Source: Myxococcales bacterium (GTDB taxonomy: Bacteria; Myxococcota_A; Polyangia; Polyangiales; Houyiibacteriaceae). From it: a stretch of DNA of 64,000 nucleotides. This document shows, piece after piece, positions 1 to 10,056 of the stretch. Position 1 is the stretch's first letter, and the number at the start of each line of letters is the position of its first letter. Below the pieces are notes generated by a model. The model searched no databases, had not been told where the DNA came from, and saw only the letters and a program-made list of their open reading frames with translations. The stretch is taken from positions 20,333 through 84,332 of the forward strand of contig JAOTVB010000003.1 in assembly GCA_029863605.1 (NCBI GenBank), given 5' to 3'. The position numbers and the translations under genes were made by a program.

Positions 1-1
1 C

Positions 2-577
2 CACGGCGGGGACAGGATGATCCGTGTCGTCGAGCGCCTTCGTGCGGCGATTCCCGATCTCGTTTTTCGTACGACGTTCATCGTCGGTCACCCAGGCGAG
101 ACCGACGCAGACTTCCAAGAGCTTTGCCAGTTCGTCGAGTGGGCCGAGTTCGACCACGTCGGTGTGTTCCTCTATTCCCACGAAGAGGGCACCCCGAGCG
201 GAGACATGCCAGACGGACCGGATGCCTCGATCGCCGAAGCGCGTCGAGCTGAGCTGATGCGAATTCAGCGGCCGATCAGTCGCAGTCGGCTGGAGATTCG
301 CATCGGCACGAAGCTCGACGTCCTGGTTGAAGGGGTGAGCGATGAAAGCGATTTGCTCTTGCAAGGGCGCTGGTGGGGACAGGCCCCCGAGGTCGATGGA
401 AGCGTGTATCTCGCAAACGGCACGGCCCGGCCTGGGGAGATCCGTCGCGTCCTCGTCACCGACGCCGCCGATTATGACCTGATGGCCGACTTCATCGACG
501 CTTCTGGGCAACGCGACGCGCCGCCCGACGCAAAAGATCCCCGACCCGCGAAAGTTAAGCTACGAACGCTAGGGTGA
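2..577 (+). CDS. rimO: Ribosomal protein S12 methylthiotransferase RimO, C-terminal fragment (5' end lies upstream of the window)
   Basis: Frame is open to the window start. Carries a radical-SAM MiaB/RimO-type C-terminal half (..TTFIVGHPGETDADF..) and a TRAM-like tail (..VLVEGVSDES..GRWWGQAPEVDG..). Confidence 0.75.
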   Translation, partial: HGGDRMIRVVERLRAAIPDLVFRTTFIVGHPGETDADFQELCQFVEWAEFDHVGVFLYSHEEGTPSGDMPDGPDASIAEARRAELMRIQRPISRSRLEIRIGTKLDVLVEGVSDESDLLLQGRWWGQAPEVDGSVYLANGTARPGEIRRVLVTDAADYDLMADFIDASGQRDAPPDAKDPRPAKVKLRTLG

Positions 578-1302
578 GGTGGACTGAGCTCGCCATCGTG
601 CTCGTGTTGCTGGCGGCCATGAGCAGCTGTGCAACAGCGGTGCCTGCGATGGTCGGCGGCTCGACGACACCGAAGAACCGAACCGACATCGGTATCGGTG
701 GCGCAGCCCGCGTGCCACTTGGGGACCTGAAAGATCCCGTCGTGACGGATCCGGGCGAGCCGGGTTACCGTGAAGCTGCCGATGCAGGGGGGGTCGTGCC
801 GCTGGCATATGCACGCTACGGGTTGAGCAGGACCTGGGACCTCGGGTTGATGGTCGCAGGCACGATGGTGCGAGCCGACGCGCGCCACGAAACCCTACTG
901 CAAGATGGTTCGACACGATCGAGCCTGGTCGTCGGGATCGCACCTTACGGTGGCTGGATCACCGACCGCGATGGCTCGGGGAGCGGCGGACGAGTCGGCC
1001 TCGAAGTGCCCTTCACTTTTGGGGTGGACATCGGCGGCATTTACGAGTTTTGGATAGGCGCACGGGGCAGTGGTGAGTACGTTCTCGGAGACTTTCGGAT
1101 TTCGGGAAGCGCTGCGCGGGCGAGCGGCGCCGGGGTGCGAATCGGACCAGTCATCGGGATGGCCCTCGGGGTGCGCCGATTTCACGCCTTGATCGAGCTT
1201 ACCGCGGCCTACGAACACTGGTTCATCGACCAGGCGGGGGTCTCGCTCGATCGGGGAGGCTTTGCGTTGATCCCTGGCTTTGGGCTCAGACTCCGATTGT
1301 AG
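574..1302 (+). CDS. Putative lipoprotein / beta-barrel envelope protein, function unknown
   Basis: GTG start overlaps the rimO stop (GTGA). Hydrophobic signal with Cys (..LLAAMSSC..). Gly-rich alternating beta-strand pattern, C-terminus ..GFGLRLRL. Confidence 0.5.
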   Translation: MRWTELAIVLVLLAAMSSCATAVPAMVGGSTTPKNRTDIGIGGAARVPLGDLKDPVVTDPGEPGYREAADAGGVVPLAYARYGLSRTWDLGLMVAGTMVRADARHETLLQDGSTRSSLVVGIAPYGGWITDRDGSGSGGRVGLEVPFTFGVDIGGIYEFWIGARGSGEYVLGDFRISGSAARASGAGVRIGPVIGMALGVRRFHALIELTAAYEHWFIDQAGVSLDRGGFALIPGFGLRLRL

Positions 1303-1320
1303 CGATCGAAGCCTTACACC

Positions 1321-1881
1321 TCACGCAGCCTTCGGGCGCCGTGTTCTCTTCTTTTTCTTTTTCGGGATCGCGGCATCGCTGTTCCTGAAGAGGTTGCCCA
1401 CGAAAGCACCCATCAAGGCCATCATCGTCGCCATCAGGGCGCCTAAGATGTACGCGCCGAGCGAGAGTTGATAGACGTCGGCGATGCTCGACAGATACGC
1501 CATCGTCGGGATCGCCGCGAGAAGGCCCCCAACGGGAGGCTCGAGGAAGTTCTTGCCAGGTGATACGTAGTTGAGCGCCGCCGCGCCGGTGAACCAAAGT
1601 ACGATGGTAATTACGATACCCGCGAACCCCTGCGGGTCATAGGGCGGTATCAGCAGCGGCAAGAGCCCGAGGGCCAACGCCGCCATCACCAAGAAGAGGC
1701 CGAACGAGATCGCGACCCAGCGGAGCTCGAACTCATCGGGCTGGTGTCTTCTCGCGTGCGCTTCTTCTTCGGTGAGCTCGGCCAGAAGCTCCGAGAGGCG
1801 CGCTCCGCACGAATGACACCGCTCGGTTCCTTTCGGGTTGAGTGCGCCGCATACGTGGCACTCGATGTCGTCGGCAGCCAT
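1321..1881 (-). CDS. Zinc-ribbon membrane protein, function unknown
   Basis: ATG at 1881 is preceded by GAGGTGAT. N-terminal CxxC..CxxC (MAADDIECHVCG..RCHSCG), about 4 predicted TM helices, poly-Lys tail. The track ORF starts 39 nt further upstream. Confidence 0.6.
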   Translation of the reverse strand: MAADDIECHVCGALNPKGTERCHSCGARLSELLAELTEEEAHARRHQPDEFELRWVAISFGLFLVMAALALGLLPLLIPPYDPQGFAGIVITIVLWFTGAAALNYVSPGKNFLEPPVGGLLAAIPTMAYLSSIADVYQLSLGAYILGALMATMMALMGAFVGNLFRNSDAAIPKKKKKRTRRPKAA

Positions 1882-2046
1882 ATCACCTCGCCTCGCTGGT
1901 TGCGTGTCCCCGCAAGGCATTGTCTACGGCGACGAGCCCGAGCGCAACTGCCTGTACATTCGAAGGAAACCGCCCTGGCTTGACCTGACGACCGGGCCCG
2001 CTACCTTCCCGCACCGCCCGGAACTGAGGCGACAAGGAGGCCGGAA

Positions 2047-3918
2047 GTGGCCCGTTTTATCGACGAGTTGAAGCGAACACATTCCTGCGGCGAGCTGCGC
2101 GAAGACCACATTGGAGAGGAGTGCGTCCTCTTTGGCTGGGTCCAAAATCGGCGCGACCACGGGGGTTGCATCTTCATCGACCTGCGCGACCGCGACGGAC
2201 TGACCCAAGTGATCTTCGACCCGGAAACCACTGCGAAGGAAGCCTTCGAAACGGCCGACCGTGCGCGCTCGGAGTGGGTCCTCGGCATCCGCGGCACGAT
2301 CCGCGACCGAGGCACCAAGGATGACGGGACGAGCCTTCGAAACCCTCGCTTGGCAACCGGGGCCATTGAAGTGATCGCGGCGGAGGCGACGGTCTTCAAC
2401 AAGGCGGATACGCCACCGTTCGAGATCGAAGACGATATCTCCACGCACGAAGACAAGCGCTTGGAGTTCCGTTACCTCGATCTTCGGCGTGCGCCGCTTC
2501 AAAAGAATCTGATGATGCGGAGCCATCTCAACCACGAAACGAGAAACTATTTTCAAGGCCAAGGGTTTCTCGAGGTCGAAACGCCGTTCATGGTCCGGTA
2601 CACGCCAGGCGGCGCGCGCAACTTCTTGGTGCCGTCACGACTCTATGGCGGCCACTTTTACGCACTTGCTGAAAGCCCGCAGCTCTACAAGCAGCTGCTG
2701 ATGGTGGCGGGTTACGACAAGTACTACCAACTCGTGCGCTGTTTCCGCGACGAGGACCTTCGGATCGATCGCCAGCCCGAGTTCACGCAGATCGACGTCG
2801 AAATGTCGTTTATCAACCAGGACGACCTGTTTAGAGTCATCGAAGGGCTCATTTTCCGGCTCTGGAAAGAGGTGCTCGGTGTCGACCTCGAAACACTCTA
2901 TCCGGAACGAAGCTTTCCGCGTCTGCCGTTTGACCAATCGATGGAGCGCTTCGGCAACGACAAGCCCGACATGCGGTTTTCGATGGAGCATGTCGATCTC
3001 ACCGACCTCACGGTCGAGCATGGCGGTGGCGGCATTGGCATGCTCGAGCCCATCGCGAAGAAGTTCGCGGACGGGGTGTATCGGCGAGACCTGCCCACCG
3101 AGATCGTGAAGGCGTTGGTCGTCCCGGCAGGCCACGGCTTCTCCCGAAAGGACCTCGACGCCCTCGAGAAGTTCGTCGGGCAAATGGGTGCGAAGGGCCT
3201 GGCACGGGCCAAGGTCGACGCCGGAGGCAACTGGCTGCAAAGCCCGCTCGCCAAGATGGTCACGCCAGAGTTCCGCAAGGCCGTCAACGAAGCGGTAGCC
3301 GCAAAGGACGGAGACCTGATCCTCTTCCAGTTTGGACCGACGCCCAAGGTGCACACGGTGATGGCCAACCTCCGGCTTCACGTGGCGCGCAAGCTCGGCC
3401 TGATCCCCGAGACGGGAAGCGGTGGCGAGTGGAACTTCCTCTGGGTAGTCGACCCACCCCTTTTCGAGCGCAACGAAGAAAAGAAGCGCTGGGATGCGGC
3501 TCACCACGTGTTCACGCGGCCGCACGACGAATGCATCGAGCTCCTCGAACGCGACCCTGGGAAAGTGCTCTGCTACCGGTACGACCTCGTGCTCAATGGC
3601 TTCGAGATTGCCGGGGGCTCGATTCGTTTGCACGACCCGGAAGTCCAGAAAAAGGTTTTCGAAGTGATCGGCCTCGGCGACGAGGAGGCGCGCGAGCAGT
3701 TTGGGTTCCTCCTCGATGCCTTGAACTACGGAGCTCCGCCGCATGGCGGCATCGCGTTCGGAATGGATCGGATCGCCATGCTCGCCGCCGAGACCGAGTC
3801 CATTCGGGACGTCATCGCGTTTCCAAAGACTCAGCGCGCCAACGACTTGATGACCCGCGCTCCGTCGCGTGTAGAGCCCGAGCAGCTCCTCGAGCTAAAG
3901 ATCAAAACCCTCGAATAG
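2047..3918 (+). CDS. aspS: Aspartate--tRNA ligase
   Basis: 623 aa. GTG start follows AAGGAGG. Class II aaRS motifs (..FRDEDLRIDRQPEFTQIDVEMSF.., ..GGSIRLH.., ..PPHGGIAFGMDR..). Confidence 0.95.
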   Translation: MARFIDELKRTHSCGELREDHIGEECVLFGWVQNRRDHGGCIFIDLRDRDGLTQVIFDPETTAKEAFETADRARSEWVLGIRGTIRDRGTKDDGTSLRNPRLATGAIEVIAAEATVFNKADTPPFEIEDDISTHEDKRLEFRYLDLRRAPLQKNLMMRSHLNHETRNYFQGQGFLEVETPFMVRYTPGGARNFLVPSRLYGGHFYALAESPQLYKQLLMVAGYDKYYQLVRCFRDEDLRIDRQPEFTQIDVEMSFINQDDLFRVIEGLIFRLWKEVLGVDLETLYPERSFPRLPFDQSMERFGNDKPDMRFSMEHVDLTDLTVEHGGGGIGMLEPIAKKFADGVYRRDLPTEIVKALVVPAGHGFSRKDLDALEKFVGQMGAKGLARAKVDAGGNWLQSPLAKMVTPEFRKAVNEAVAAKDGDLILFQFGPTPKVHTVMANLRLHVARKLGLIPETGSGGEWNFLWVVDPPLFERNEEKKRWDAAHHVFTRPHDECIELLERDPGKVLCYRYDLVLNGFEIAGGSIRLHDPEVQKKVFEVIGLGDEEAREQFGFLLDALNYGAPPHGGIAFGMDRIAMLAAETESIRDVIAFPKTQRANDLMTRAPSRVEPEQLLELKIKTLE

Positions 3919-3941
3919 GGGGACCCCACACTATCGCCTAC

Positions 3942-4166
3942 CTAGTGGCCGAGCTCGTCGCAGGCTTCCACATCGCCCCCAAAGCAGCGACTCTCGAGTG
4001 AGCCCTCCTCTTCGGGTTCTTTTTCCTTTGCTTCGACTCGGTCGGGTCCTCGGCCGGTCGATGGGTCCCACCCCGCCGTTTCCGCGCGATCGCCTGCCTT
4101 CTTCTTGCCACATCCCAACACGAGGACGAACACGATGAATAGCGAGAACTTGCCGAGCGTCTTCAT
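3942..4166 (-). CDS. Small lipoprotein, function unknown
   Basis: 74 aa with a lipobox (..VLVLGC) after a hydrophobic signal. Acidic, Cys-containing C-terminus. Confidence 0.5.
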   Translation of the reverse strand: MKTLGKFSLFIVFVLVLGCGKKKAGDRAETAGWDPSTGRGPDRVEAKEKEPEEEGSLESRCFGGDVEACDELGH

Positions 4167-4175
4167 CTCCTGACA

Positions 4176-4514
4176 ATGTTAGTCATCATGAAAGCCACCG
4201 TCAGATCTTTGTTCGTCGCCCTGTTCGTGCTCGCCATGGCGGTGCCCGAGGCTCCCCTGAGCGCAGACGAAGACTCCATGAAAAACTGCTACGACGTTCG
4301 TGGTGAGGCGCGGTACGGAGCGCTCGGTTACAAACACATCGTGATCGTGACCAACAGATGCGATATCACGCTCAAATGTGAGGTGTGGACCGACGTAGAC
4401 CCCTCACCCCGCGTGTCGCTGACCGTCGGCCCGAACGCCACCCAAGAGGTCGCCTGCCGAATCAACTCCCCGGCGCGAGGGTTCAAGGCCTTCGGCGAGT
4501 GCAAAAAAGAGTAG
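4176..4514 (+). CDS. Small secreted cysteine-containing protein, function unknown
   Basis: 112 aa, signal peptide, several Cys in the mature part. Alternative ATG at 4188. Confidence 0.5.
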   Translation: MLVIMKATVRSLFVALFVLAMAVPEAPLSADEDSMKNCYDVRGEARYGALGYKHIVIVTNRCDITLKCEVWTDVDPSPRVSLTVGPNATQEVACRINSPARGFKAFGECKKE

Positions 4515-4532
4515 CGCTCAGCCCACCCCAGG

Positions 4533-5615
4533 CTATCGCCTAGGGAGCGTGGTGAGGAAGCGCTCGAAGACCGCGTAGCCTTCGACGAGCTTGTCGAGCT
4601 CGGTGTACTCGTTGGGTTGATGCGCTTGAGCTGCAGTGCCAGGGCCCAGGTTCACACCGGGAACGCCGATACCGTCGAAGCGAGCCACGTCGGTCCAGGC
4701 TTGCTTGCTTCGCACTTCGGTCACGCCGCAGGTCATCAGGTGCTGAACCAAAGGATTCGTGGCGTGAGGGCGACCCGCAGGAGACAGGTCGGTGGCCCGC
4801 ACCTCGCACCCGTCGTCGACCAGACCGCGCACGTCGTTGAGCGCCTCTTCGGGAGTTCTCCCTGGGGCGAAGCGATAGTTGACATTGACGTCGACTTGGC
4901 CTGGGACCACGTTACGCGCGCCTCCGCCTGAAATCACGGTGGGCGTCATCACCTCGCGGAAAGTGTAGCCATCGATCTCGACATCGTTCGGCTTGCGCTT
5001 TTCGAGCTCGCTCAAGAAGGCGGCCGCCTTGTAGAGGGCGTTGTCACCTTGCCAGGGTCGCGCGCTATGGGCCGTGCGTCCGCGAAAGGTGAGGGTTGCA
5101 TGAACAGACCCCATCGCGCCGAGCTGCAGCTGATTGTCACTCGGCTCGAGACAGATCGCCAAGCTCAGCTCGCGTAGCTCGGGATGAGTCTCGAGAATCG
5201 GCCCGAGTCTGTTGTCCTCGAAAGGACCTTCCTCGCGCTCGTAAAAGATCAGCGTGAGATCGCAGGGGAGAGATTCGCGATCGAGGCGCTCGACCACCTC
5301 GATCATGATCGCGAGCCCCGACTTCATGTCGGCCGCACCTGCCCCGTAGAGCTTGTTGCCTTCGATTCGGACAGGCCCGTTGTGCTCGGTTCGAACGGTA
5401 TCCAAATGCCCGACGAGCGCGATGCGAGGCGCACTCTCGCGGCGCACCGCTCGCACGATGAGACTGTCGTGGAAGCGAGTGATGGCGTCGGCCCCCAAAC
5501 TCCGCGCCAGGCGTTCCTCGACGTGATTGCAAAGATCCGCCTCCTCGCCGATCGGGCTCGGAATCTGCGTCAGCGCCAGCAGAGTGTCGGAAAGCGCCTG
5601 GAAGACGTCGGTCAT
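4533..5615 (-). CDS. dapE: M20-family metallopeptidase, succinyl-diaminopimelate desuccinylase-like
   Basis: 360 aa. Motifs ..VGHLDTV.., ..GAGAADMKSG.., ..FYEREEG.. are typical of DapE/ArgE M20 enzymes. Confidence 0.75.
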   Translation of the reverse strand: MTDVFQALSDTLLALTQIPSPIGEEADLCNHVEERLARSLGADAITRFHDSLIVRAVRRESAPRIALVGHLDTVRTEHNGPVRIEGNKLYGAGAADMKSGLAIMIEVVERLDRESLPCDLTLIFYEREEGPFEDNRLGPILETHPELRELSLAICLEPSDNQLQLGAMGSVHATLTFRGRTAHSARPWQGDNALYKAAAFLSELEKRKPNDVEIDGYTFREVMTPTVISGGGARNVVPGQVDVNVNYRFAPGRTPEEALNDVRGLVDDGCEVRATDLSPAGRPHATNPLVQHLMTCGVTEVRSKQAWTDVARFDGIGVPGVNLGPGTAAQAHQPNEYTELDKLVEGYAVFERFLTTLPRR

Positions 5616-5639
5616 CGCGCCGAGCTTAGCAGGGTGATC

Positions 5640-6230
5640 CTACCGGACCACGTCTTCGGGCGTATCCCAGTCGTCGAGCGAGCGCACAATCGCCGGCGTG
5701 AGCTCGATCGGCCAGACTTCGACTTCGGAAAAGAGCTCCTGGAACGATCGGCGACCGTCCCCAATGACGTCATCGAGGACCGGAACCAAACGCTCGGCGT
5801 CGTATCGCGCGAGCATCGGTTCCCACGGAGCCTCTGGTCCGCGACGAGGGGCCAACACCACCGCTTCGGTCGGGTGATCGCGGAGAAGCAGAAGAGCCTC
5901 GGTCATCACATGGGGCATGTCGCACGCCACAGCGATGACGTATCGTTGGCCCGCCTCACGTGCAAACGCGAGAGCCGCTCGTAACCCACCGAGCGGACCG
6001 GATCCGGGGGGCTCATCGTCGACGCGCGGAAGCTCCGTGACCAGACCGGAGTACGGGCTCGCATTACCCACGAGCAACGGAACGAGACCTGCGTCGCGAC
6101 CACGGTCGACGAGTTGCTCGAGGATCGTCTGTGAGCCGCCCGGCACCGTGAGAAGCCCCTTTGCCTCGCCCATGCGACGGGACTCCCCGCCGACGAAAAT
6201 GGCGAGCTGGGTGTGGGACGCGATCGTCAT
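5640..6230 (-). CDS. mobA: Molybdenum cofactor guanylyltransferase
   Basis: 196 aa. N-terminal ..LAIFVGGESRRMGEAKGLL.. is a MobA-type nucleotide-binding motif. Its start overlaps the stop of the upstream gene by 1 nt. Confidence 0.8.
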   Translation of the reverse strand: MTIASHTQLAIFVGGESRRMGEAKGLLTVPGGSQTILEQLVDRGRDAGLVPLLVGNASPYSGLVTELPRVDDEPPGSGPLGGLRAALAFAREAGQRYVIAVACDMPHVMTEALLLLRDHPTEAVVLAPRRGPEAPWEPMLARYDAERLVPVLDDVIGDGRRSFQELFSEVEVWPIELTPAIVRSLDDWDTPEDVVR

Positions 6231-6652
6231 CAGACGAGAAGACCCGCATCGTTCGGAACGCGGGCGGCGAGTTTTTCGACGACGCGATTCAACTGGTCTT
6301 GCTGAATCGCGCTGGTGACGAAGTTGGTGAAGAAGACCGTGAAATATGCCGCCACATCGAGAATGACCGCGATCATCGACGTGTCTTGAACCGGACCCAA
6401 CCCGTTGCGCTCTTCAAAGTTCGCGATCTGAAGAGAGATTTGATAGTCGACCCAGATTCCGTAGATCGCGAGGGTGATGATGACGAAAAAGAAATCCAGC
6501 CAATAGCCTCTGCCCGTGGGCGTCTTGCCGTCCAGAGCCTGGAGGTCTTCATAGATGCCGTGGTACCAGAACGGCAAATAGAGGCCGAGGGTCAGGATGC
6601 TGAGAACCAACACGAAGGCGGGTTCGCGACGTTGTACGGTCGGAGTGGTCAT
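6230..6652 (-). CDS. Small multi-pass membrane protein (DUF4234-like)
   Basis: 140 aa, 3-4 hydrophobic helices, ..LGLYLPFWYHGIYEDL.. motif. Family assignment is from memory only. Confidence 0.55.
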   Translation of the reverse strand: MTTPTVQRREPAFVLVLSILTLGLYLPFWYHGIYEDLQALDGKTPTGRGYWLDFFFVIITLAIYGIWVDYQISLQIANFEERNGLGPVQDTSMIAVILDVAAYFTVFFTNFVTSAIQQDQLNRVVEKLAARVPNDAGLLV

Positions 6653-6684
6653 TGAACGGTCCCTTCTCCCTCGCGTGATGGGCT

Positions 6685-7590
6685 GTGTCGGCTAAGTTTC
6701 GTCCCATGAACGGTGCGTCTACGCAAGCGGCGACGATCGGTGTGATCGGTGATGTTCATCTGTTCTGGGACGCCGAGGACGTCGCTTTCTTCAACCGAAG
6801 TAACTACGACATGCTCCTTTTCGTGGGCGACTTGGCCGCATACACGCAGGTCCGAGGGCTCGGGGTAGCGCGGTCGCTCGGAAAGTTACGGACCCCAGCG
6901 TTGTGCATTCCGGGCAACCACGACGGCTTGCACGCGCTTCAACTGGGCGCCGAGATCACCCCGCGCGCCCATCGTCTTCGAAACGTGTTTTGCCAGGGCC
7001 AAGACTGGCGCTGCAATAATCTGGACCGCGCGCTCGGCGACGTGAAGCTCGTGGCGTACAGCCGACAAAAGGTCGAGCTTTCCGGCATCGCGTTCAATCT
7101 GGTCGTTTGTCGCCCTCATTCGATCGGCGGTCGAAGGGTCGCGTGTCTGCGCTACCTCGCCAAGAAGTATGGGGTCGATTCGATGGACGCGTCGAGCGCG
7201 CGTTTGAGAGCGCTGATCGATCAATGTGACGATGCTCCGATCGTGTTCTTGGCGCACAACGGCCCATCCGGGCTCGGTGACCGTGCCGACTCGATCTGGG
7301 GTTGCGATTTTCGTAAGCAGGAAGAGGATTGGGGCGACCCAGATCTCGAAGAGGCGGTTCGGCACGCCAAGGATCAAGGCCGCGCGGTCCTCGCTACGGT
7401 CGCGGGCCACATGCATCGAAGGACCAAATCCGGAAAGAACCGCCCAGGGCAAATCACAAAGGGCGGCACGCTGTACATCAACGCCGCAGAGGTCCCCCGC
7501 CACCGAATCAAACAAGGCGCAATGAAACGCCACCACGTCGAACTCACCCTGACCCACACGACGGCGACAGCCAAAGACATTTGGATCTGA
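6685..7590 (+). CDS. Calcineurin-like metallophosphoesterase
   Basis: Motifs GDVH, VGDLAAY, GNHDG and GHMH occur in the canonical order. Alternative ATG at 6706. Confidence 0.75.
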   Translation: MSAKFRPMNGASTQAATIGVIGDVHLFWDAEDVAFFNRSNYDMLLFVGDLAAYTQVRGLGVARSLGKLRTPALCIPGNHDGLHALQLGAEITPRAHRLRNVFCQGQDWRCNNLDRALGDVKLVAYSRQKVELSGIAFNLVVCRPHSIGGRRVACLRYLAKKYGVDSMDASSARLRALIDQCDDAPIVFLAHNGPSGLGDRADSIWGCDFRKQEEDWGDPDLEEAVRHAKDQGRAVLATVAGHMHRRTKSGKNRPGQITKGGTLYINAAEVPRHRIKQGAMKRHHVELTLTHTTATAKDIWI

Positions 7591-7627
7591 GCGACCGGTG
7601 TCTCGAAGTGCGGCGCACGGCATGGTG

Positions 7628-8113
<486 letters not shown>

Positions 8114-8171
8114 GCGCGCTTACTATCGCACAGTTGGCCGCCAGCTCGACGCAGATTTGACCACGGAACCG

Positions 8172-10037
8172 ATGTCGTTCGATCATCGCAAAGTCTTGAG
8201 CCGCAACGTCATGAAGAGGCTGCTCGCCGGGGGGCTACCACTCGTCGTGTACGTGTACACCGCGTCGGGGTACGCTCATTGGCTCGACACCGGAGAGTTC
8301 GTGGCTGCCGCAGCCGACTTCGGAATCTCTCACCCCCCTGGTCATCCGCTGGCATCGCTCGTCCTCGGGTTGGCAAACTTGTTGCCGATCGGCGCGCTCT
8401 CGTTCCGCGTGGCGTTGGTGTGCGCCCTTCTCGGTGCAGTCGCAGCCGTGGCTCTTTTTTCTGCGTTAGAACGAACCTTCCGCGTGAGCGGCGTCATTCG
8501 CGAGCCGTTGATCGTGCCGCTCTCGTTGGCAGGCACTTGGTGGGTGGCGGGTAGCCAGGCGTGGTGGTTTCAGGCGGTGCGTCCCGAGGTGTACGCCCTG
8601 CAAGCGGCACTCCTGTGCATTGCAATCGAGCGCCTGCTATGCGTCGCGACTTCGGGCCGGGACGGCGACGTTCGACCCCTCTATCATGCGGCGCTCGCCA
8701 TCGGGTTGGCCCTCGCCAACCATCATTACCTCGTGCTCTTGGCCCTAGTACCCGCCATGTGGCTGTTGATCGGCGTTTGGACGGTCTGGGGATGGCGCCC
8801 TTTCGCTTGGTCGACCGGGTTCCTCGGTGCCGGCTTGCTGACGTACCTCTTCTTGCCGCTCCGCGCAATCTCGGAACCGTTTCTCAACTTGGGTGACCCG
8901 ACTACGCCGTCTCGCTTCGTATGGGTCGTCAGCGCGCAAGCGTTCCAAAAGAGCCTGGGACCGGAGCGGATCGCACCCTTTCGCGAGCACCTCACCGACG
9001 TGATCGTCGCCATGGGTCAAGACCTGCACTTGGGAACGCTGCTTCTCGCGCTGCTCGGTGCCTACTTCATGCTCCGCGTCCGCGCTGCGCGGAAATTCGG
9101 TCTCTTTTGGCTCACCGTCTGGCTCGTTTACATGATGGGTCGAGCCTTACTCGGTTTTGTGCATGGCAATCCCGATGCATTGGCGTACTTCATGATGGCT
9201 TACGCCTCGGTGGGTGTGTTCGCCGGGTTCGCCCTTGGCGTCGTCCTCTCGGCGGTCGCGGAGGCAGCTCCGGGTCGACCAAGGCTGGTGCCGGCGCTCG
9301 GTGCGATCGTCGCATTGGCGTCGCTATTTCAATTTGCCCGTTCGTACGAGGAGGCTTCGCTTGCGAACTTCGTTGATACGGATGTCTTCGACGACGGCCT
9401 GCGCCGCTCACTTCCCGCACGCGCGGTGGTGTTGGCCCACAATCCAAATACGATCTTTCGCTTCTGGGGCGGAGAGGCCGAAGAGCTGAACCGACCCGAC
9501 GTCACGATGGTGCCGCTCCCAATGTCGAGCTACCCGAAACTGGTCGATCGGCTCGTCTCCGACGAGCCCGAGCTCAAACTGTTGCTGAGGAACTATGTCC
9601 TCGACGGCCAGCTCAACGCAGCCGACCTTCAGAGTCTTGCCGCGCTGCGACCCGTGTTCATCGAGATGGACATCCGGGTTGCCACCGAGATGTTCGACAT
9701 GTTGGTGCCCGAACAGCTCTATCACCGGGTCCTCACCGCCGACATCACCGAGACTGACGAAGGGCAAGCGATGCAAAGGCACGGAAAGCTCTGGGATGAC
9801 ATCGACGCGCGCATCGGTGAGCCGCATGACGCGCAGACCGAGGTTCAGCTCCTGTGGCGCCACTACAACGATGCACTCTATTTTGCGGGCGTTGGTGATC
9901 TGCACGGGGCCCGGCGAAGCGTGGGAGCGGGGCTCTCGTTGAACCCCCACGCGGCGGAGCTCCTGCTGATGCAAGACGCCCTCAAGCACGCCCCTTCAGG
10001 TGAACCCATCGACATCGCCCCGTTTCGCGTCCAATGA
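8172..10037 (+). CDS. DUF2723-type polytopic membrane protein (glycosyltransferase-like) with C-terminal TPR-like region
   Basis: ..LDTGEFVAAAADFGISHPPGHPLASL.. is followed by many TM helices. The track start (8082) would overlap the divergent EVE gene, so I chose the ATG at 8172. ATG 8112 or 8211 is also possible. Confidence 0.65.
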   Translation: MSFDHRKVLSRNVMKRLLAGGLPLVVYVYTASGYAHWLDTGEFVAAAADFGISHPPGHPLASLVLGLANLLPIGALSFRVALVCALLGAVAAVALFSALERTFRVSGVIREPLIVPLSLAGTWWVAGSQAWWFQAVRPEVYALQAALLCIAIERLLCVATSGRDGDVRPLYHAALAIGLALANHHYLVLLALVPAMWLLIGVWTVWGWRPFAWSTGFLGAGLLTYLFLPLRAISEPFLNLGDPTTPSRFVWVVSAQAFQKSLGPERIAPFREHLTDVIVAMGQDLHLGTLLLALLGAYFMLRVRAARKFGLFWLTVWLVYMMGRALLGFVHGNPDALAYFMMAYASVGVFAGFALGVVLSAVAEAAPGRPRLVPALGAIVALASLFQFARSYEEASLANFVDTDVFDDGLRRSLPARAVVLAHNPNTIFRFWGGEAEELNRPDVTMVPLPMSSYPKLVDRLVSDEPELKLLLRNYVLDGQLNAADLQSLAALRPVFIEMDIRVATEMFDMLVPEQLYHRVLTADITETDEGQAMQRHGKLWDDIDARIGEPHDAQTEVQLLWRHYNDALYFAGVGDLHGARRSVGAGLSLNPHAAELLLMQDALKHAPSGEPIDIAPFRVQ

Positions 10038-10056
10038 AATGGGGTCTGACCGTTTT

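Noticed and set aside
2635-3744. 369-aa ORF antisense to aspS. The same pattern occurs at 10730-11467, 15006-16076, 20635-21558, 35655-36713, 48672-49901, 52401-53186, 56252-57457 and many shorter ORFs.
   Set aside because: All lie opposite strongly supported genes and are Arg/Ala/Gly/Pro-rich with no motifs. They are high-GC artefacts.
3918-3927. GGGGGACCCC after the aspS stop, as a fourth member of the GGGGAC-N-GTCC hairpin family
   Set aside because: It lacks the GTCC arm and the A/T flanks and cannot form a comparable hairpin.
3931-3940. 10-mer CTATCGCCTA repeated at 3931-3940 and 4533-4542
   Set aside because: There are only two short copies, each overlapping a minus-strand stop codon. 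This is compatible with chance or similar C-terminal codons. No further structure was seen.
10038-10056. AAATGGGGTCTGACCGTTTTT between convergent stops, as a terminator
   Set aside because: Only a 4-bp GGTC/GACC stem can form. Too weak to call, although its position is like the other hairpins.
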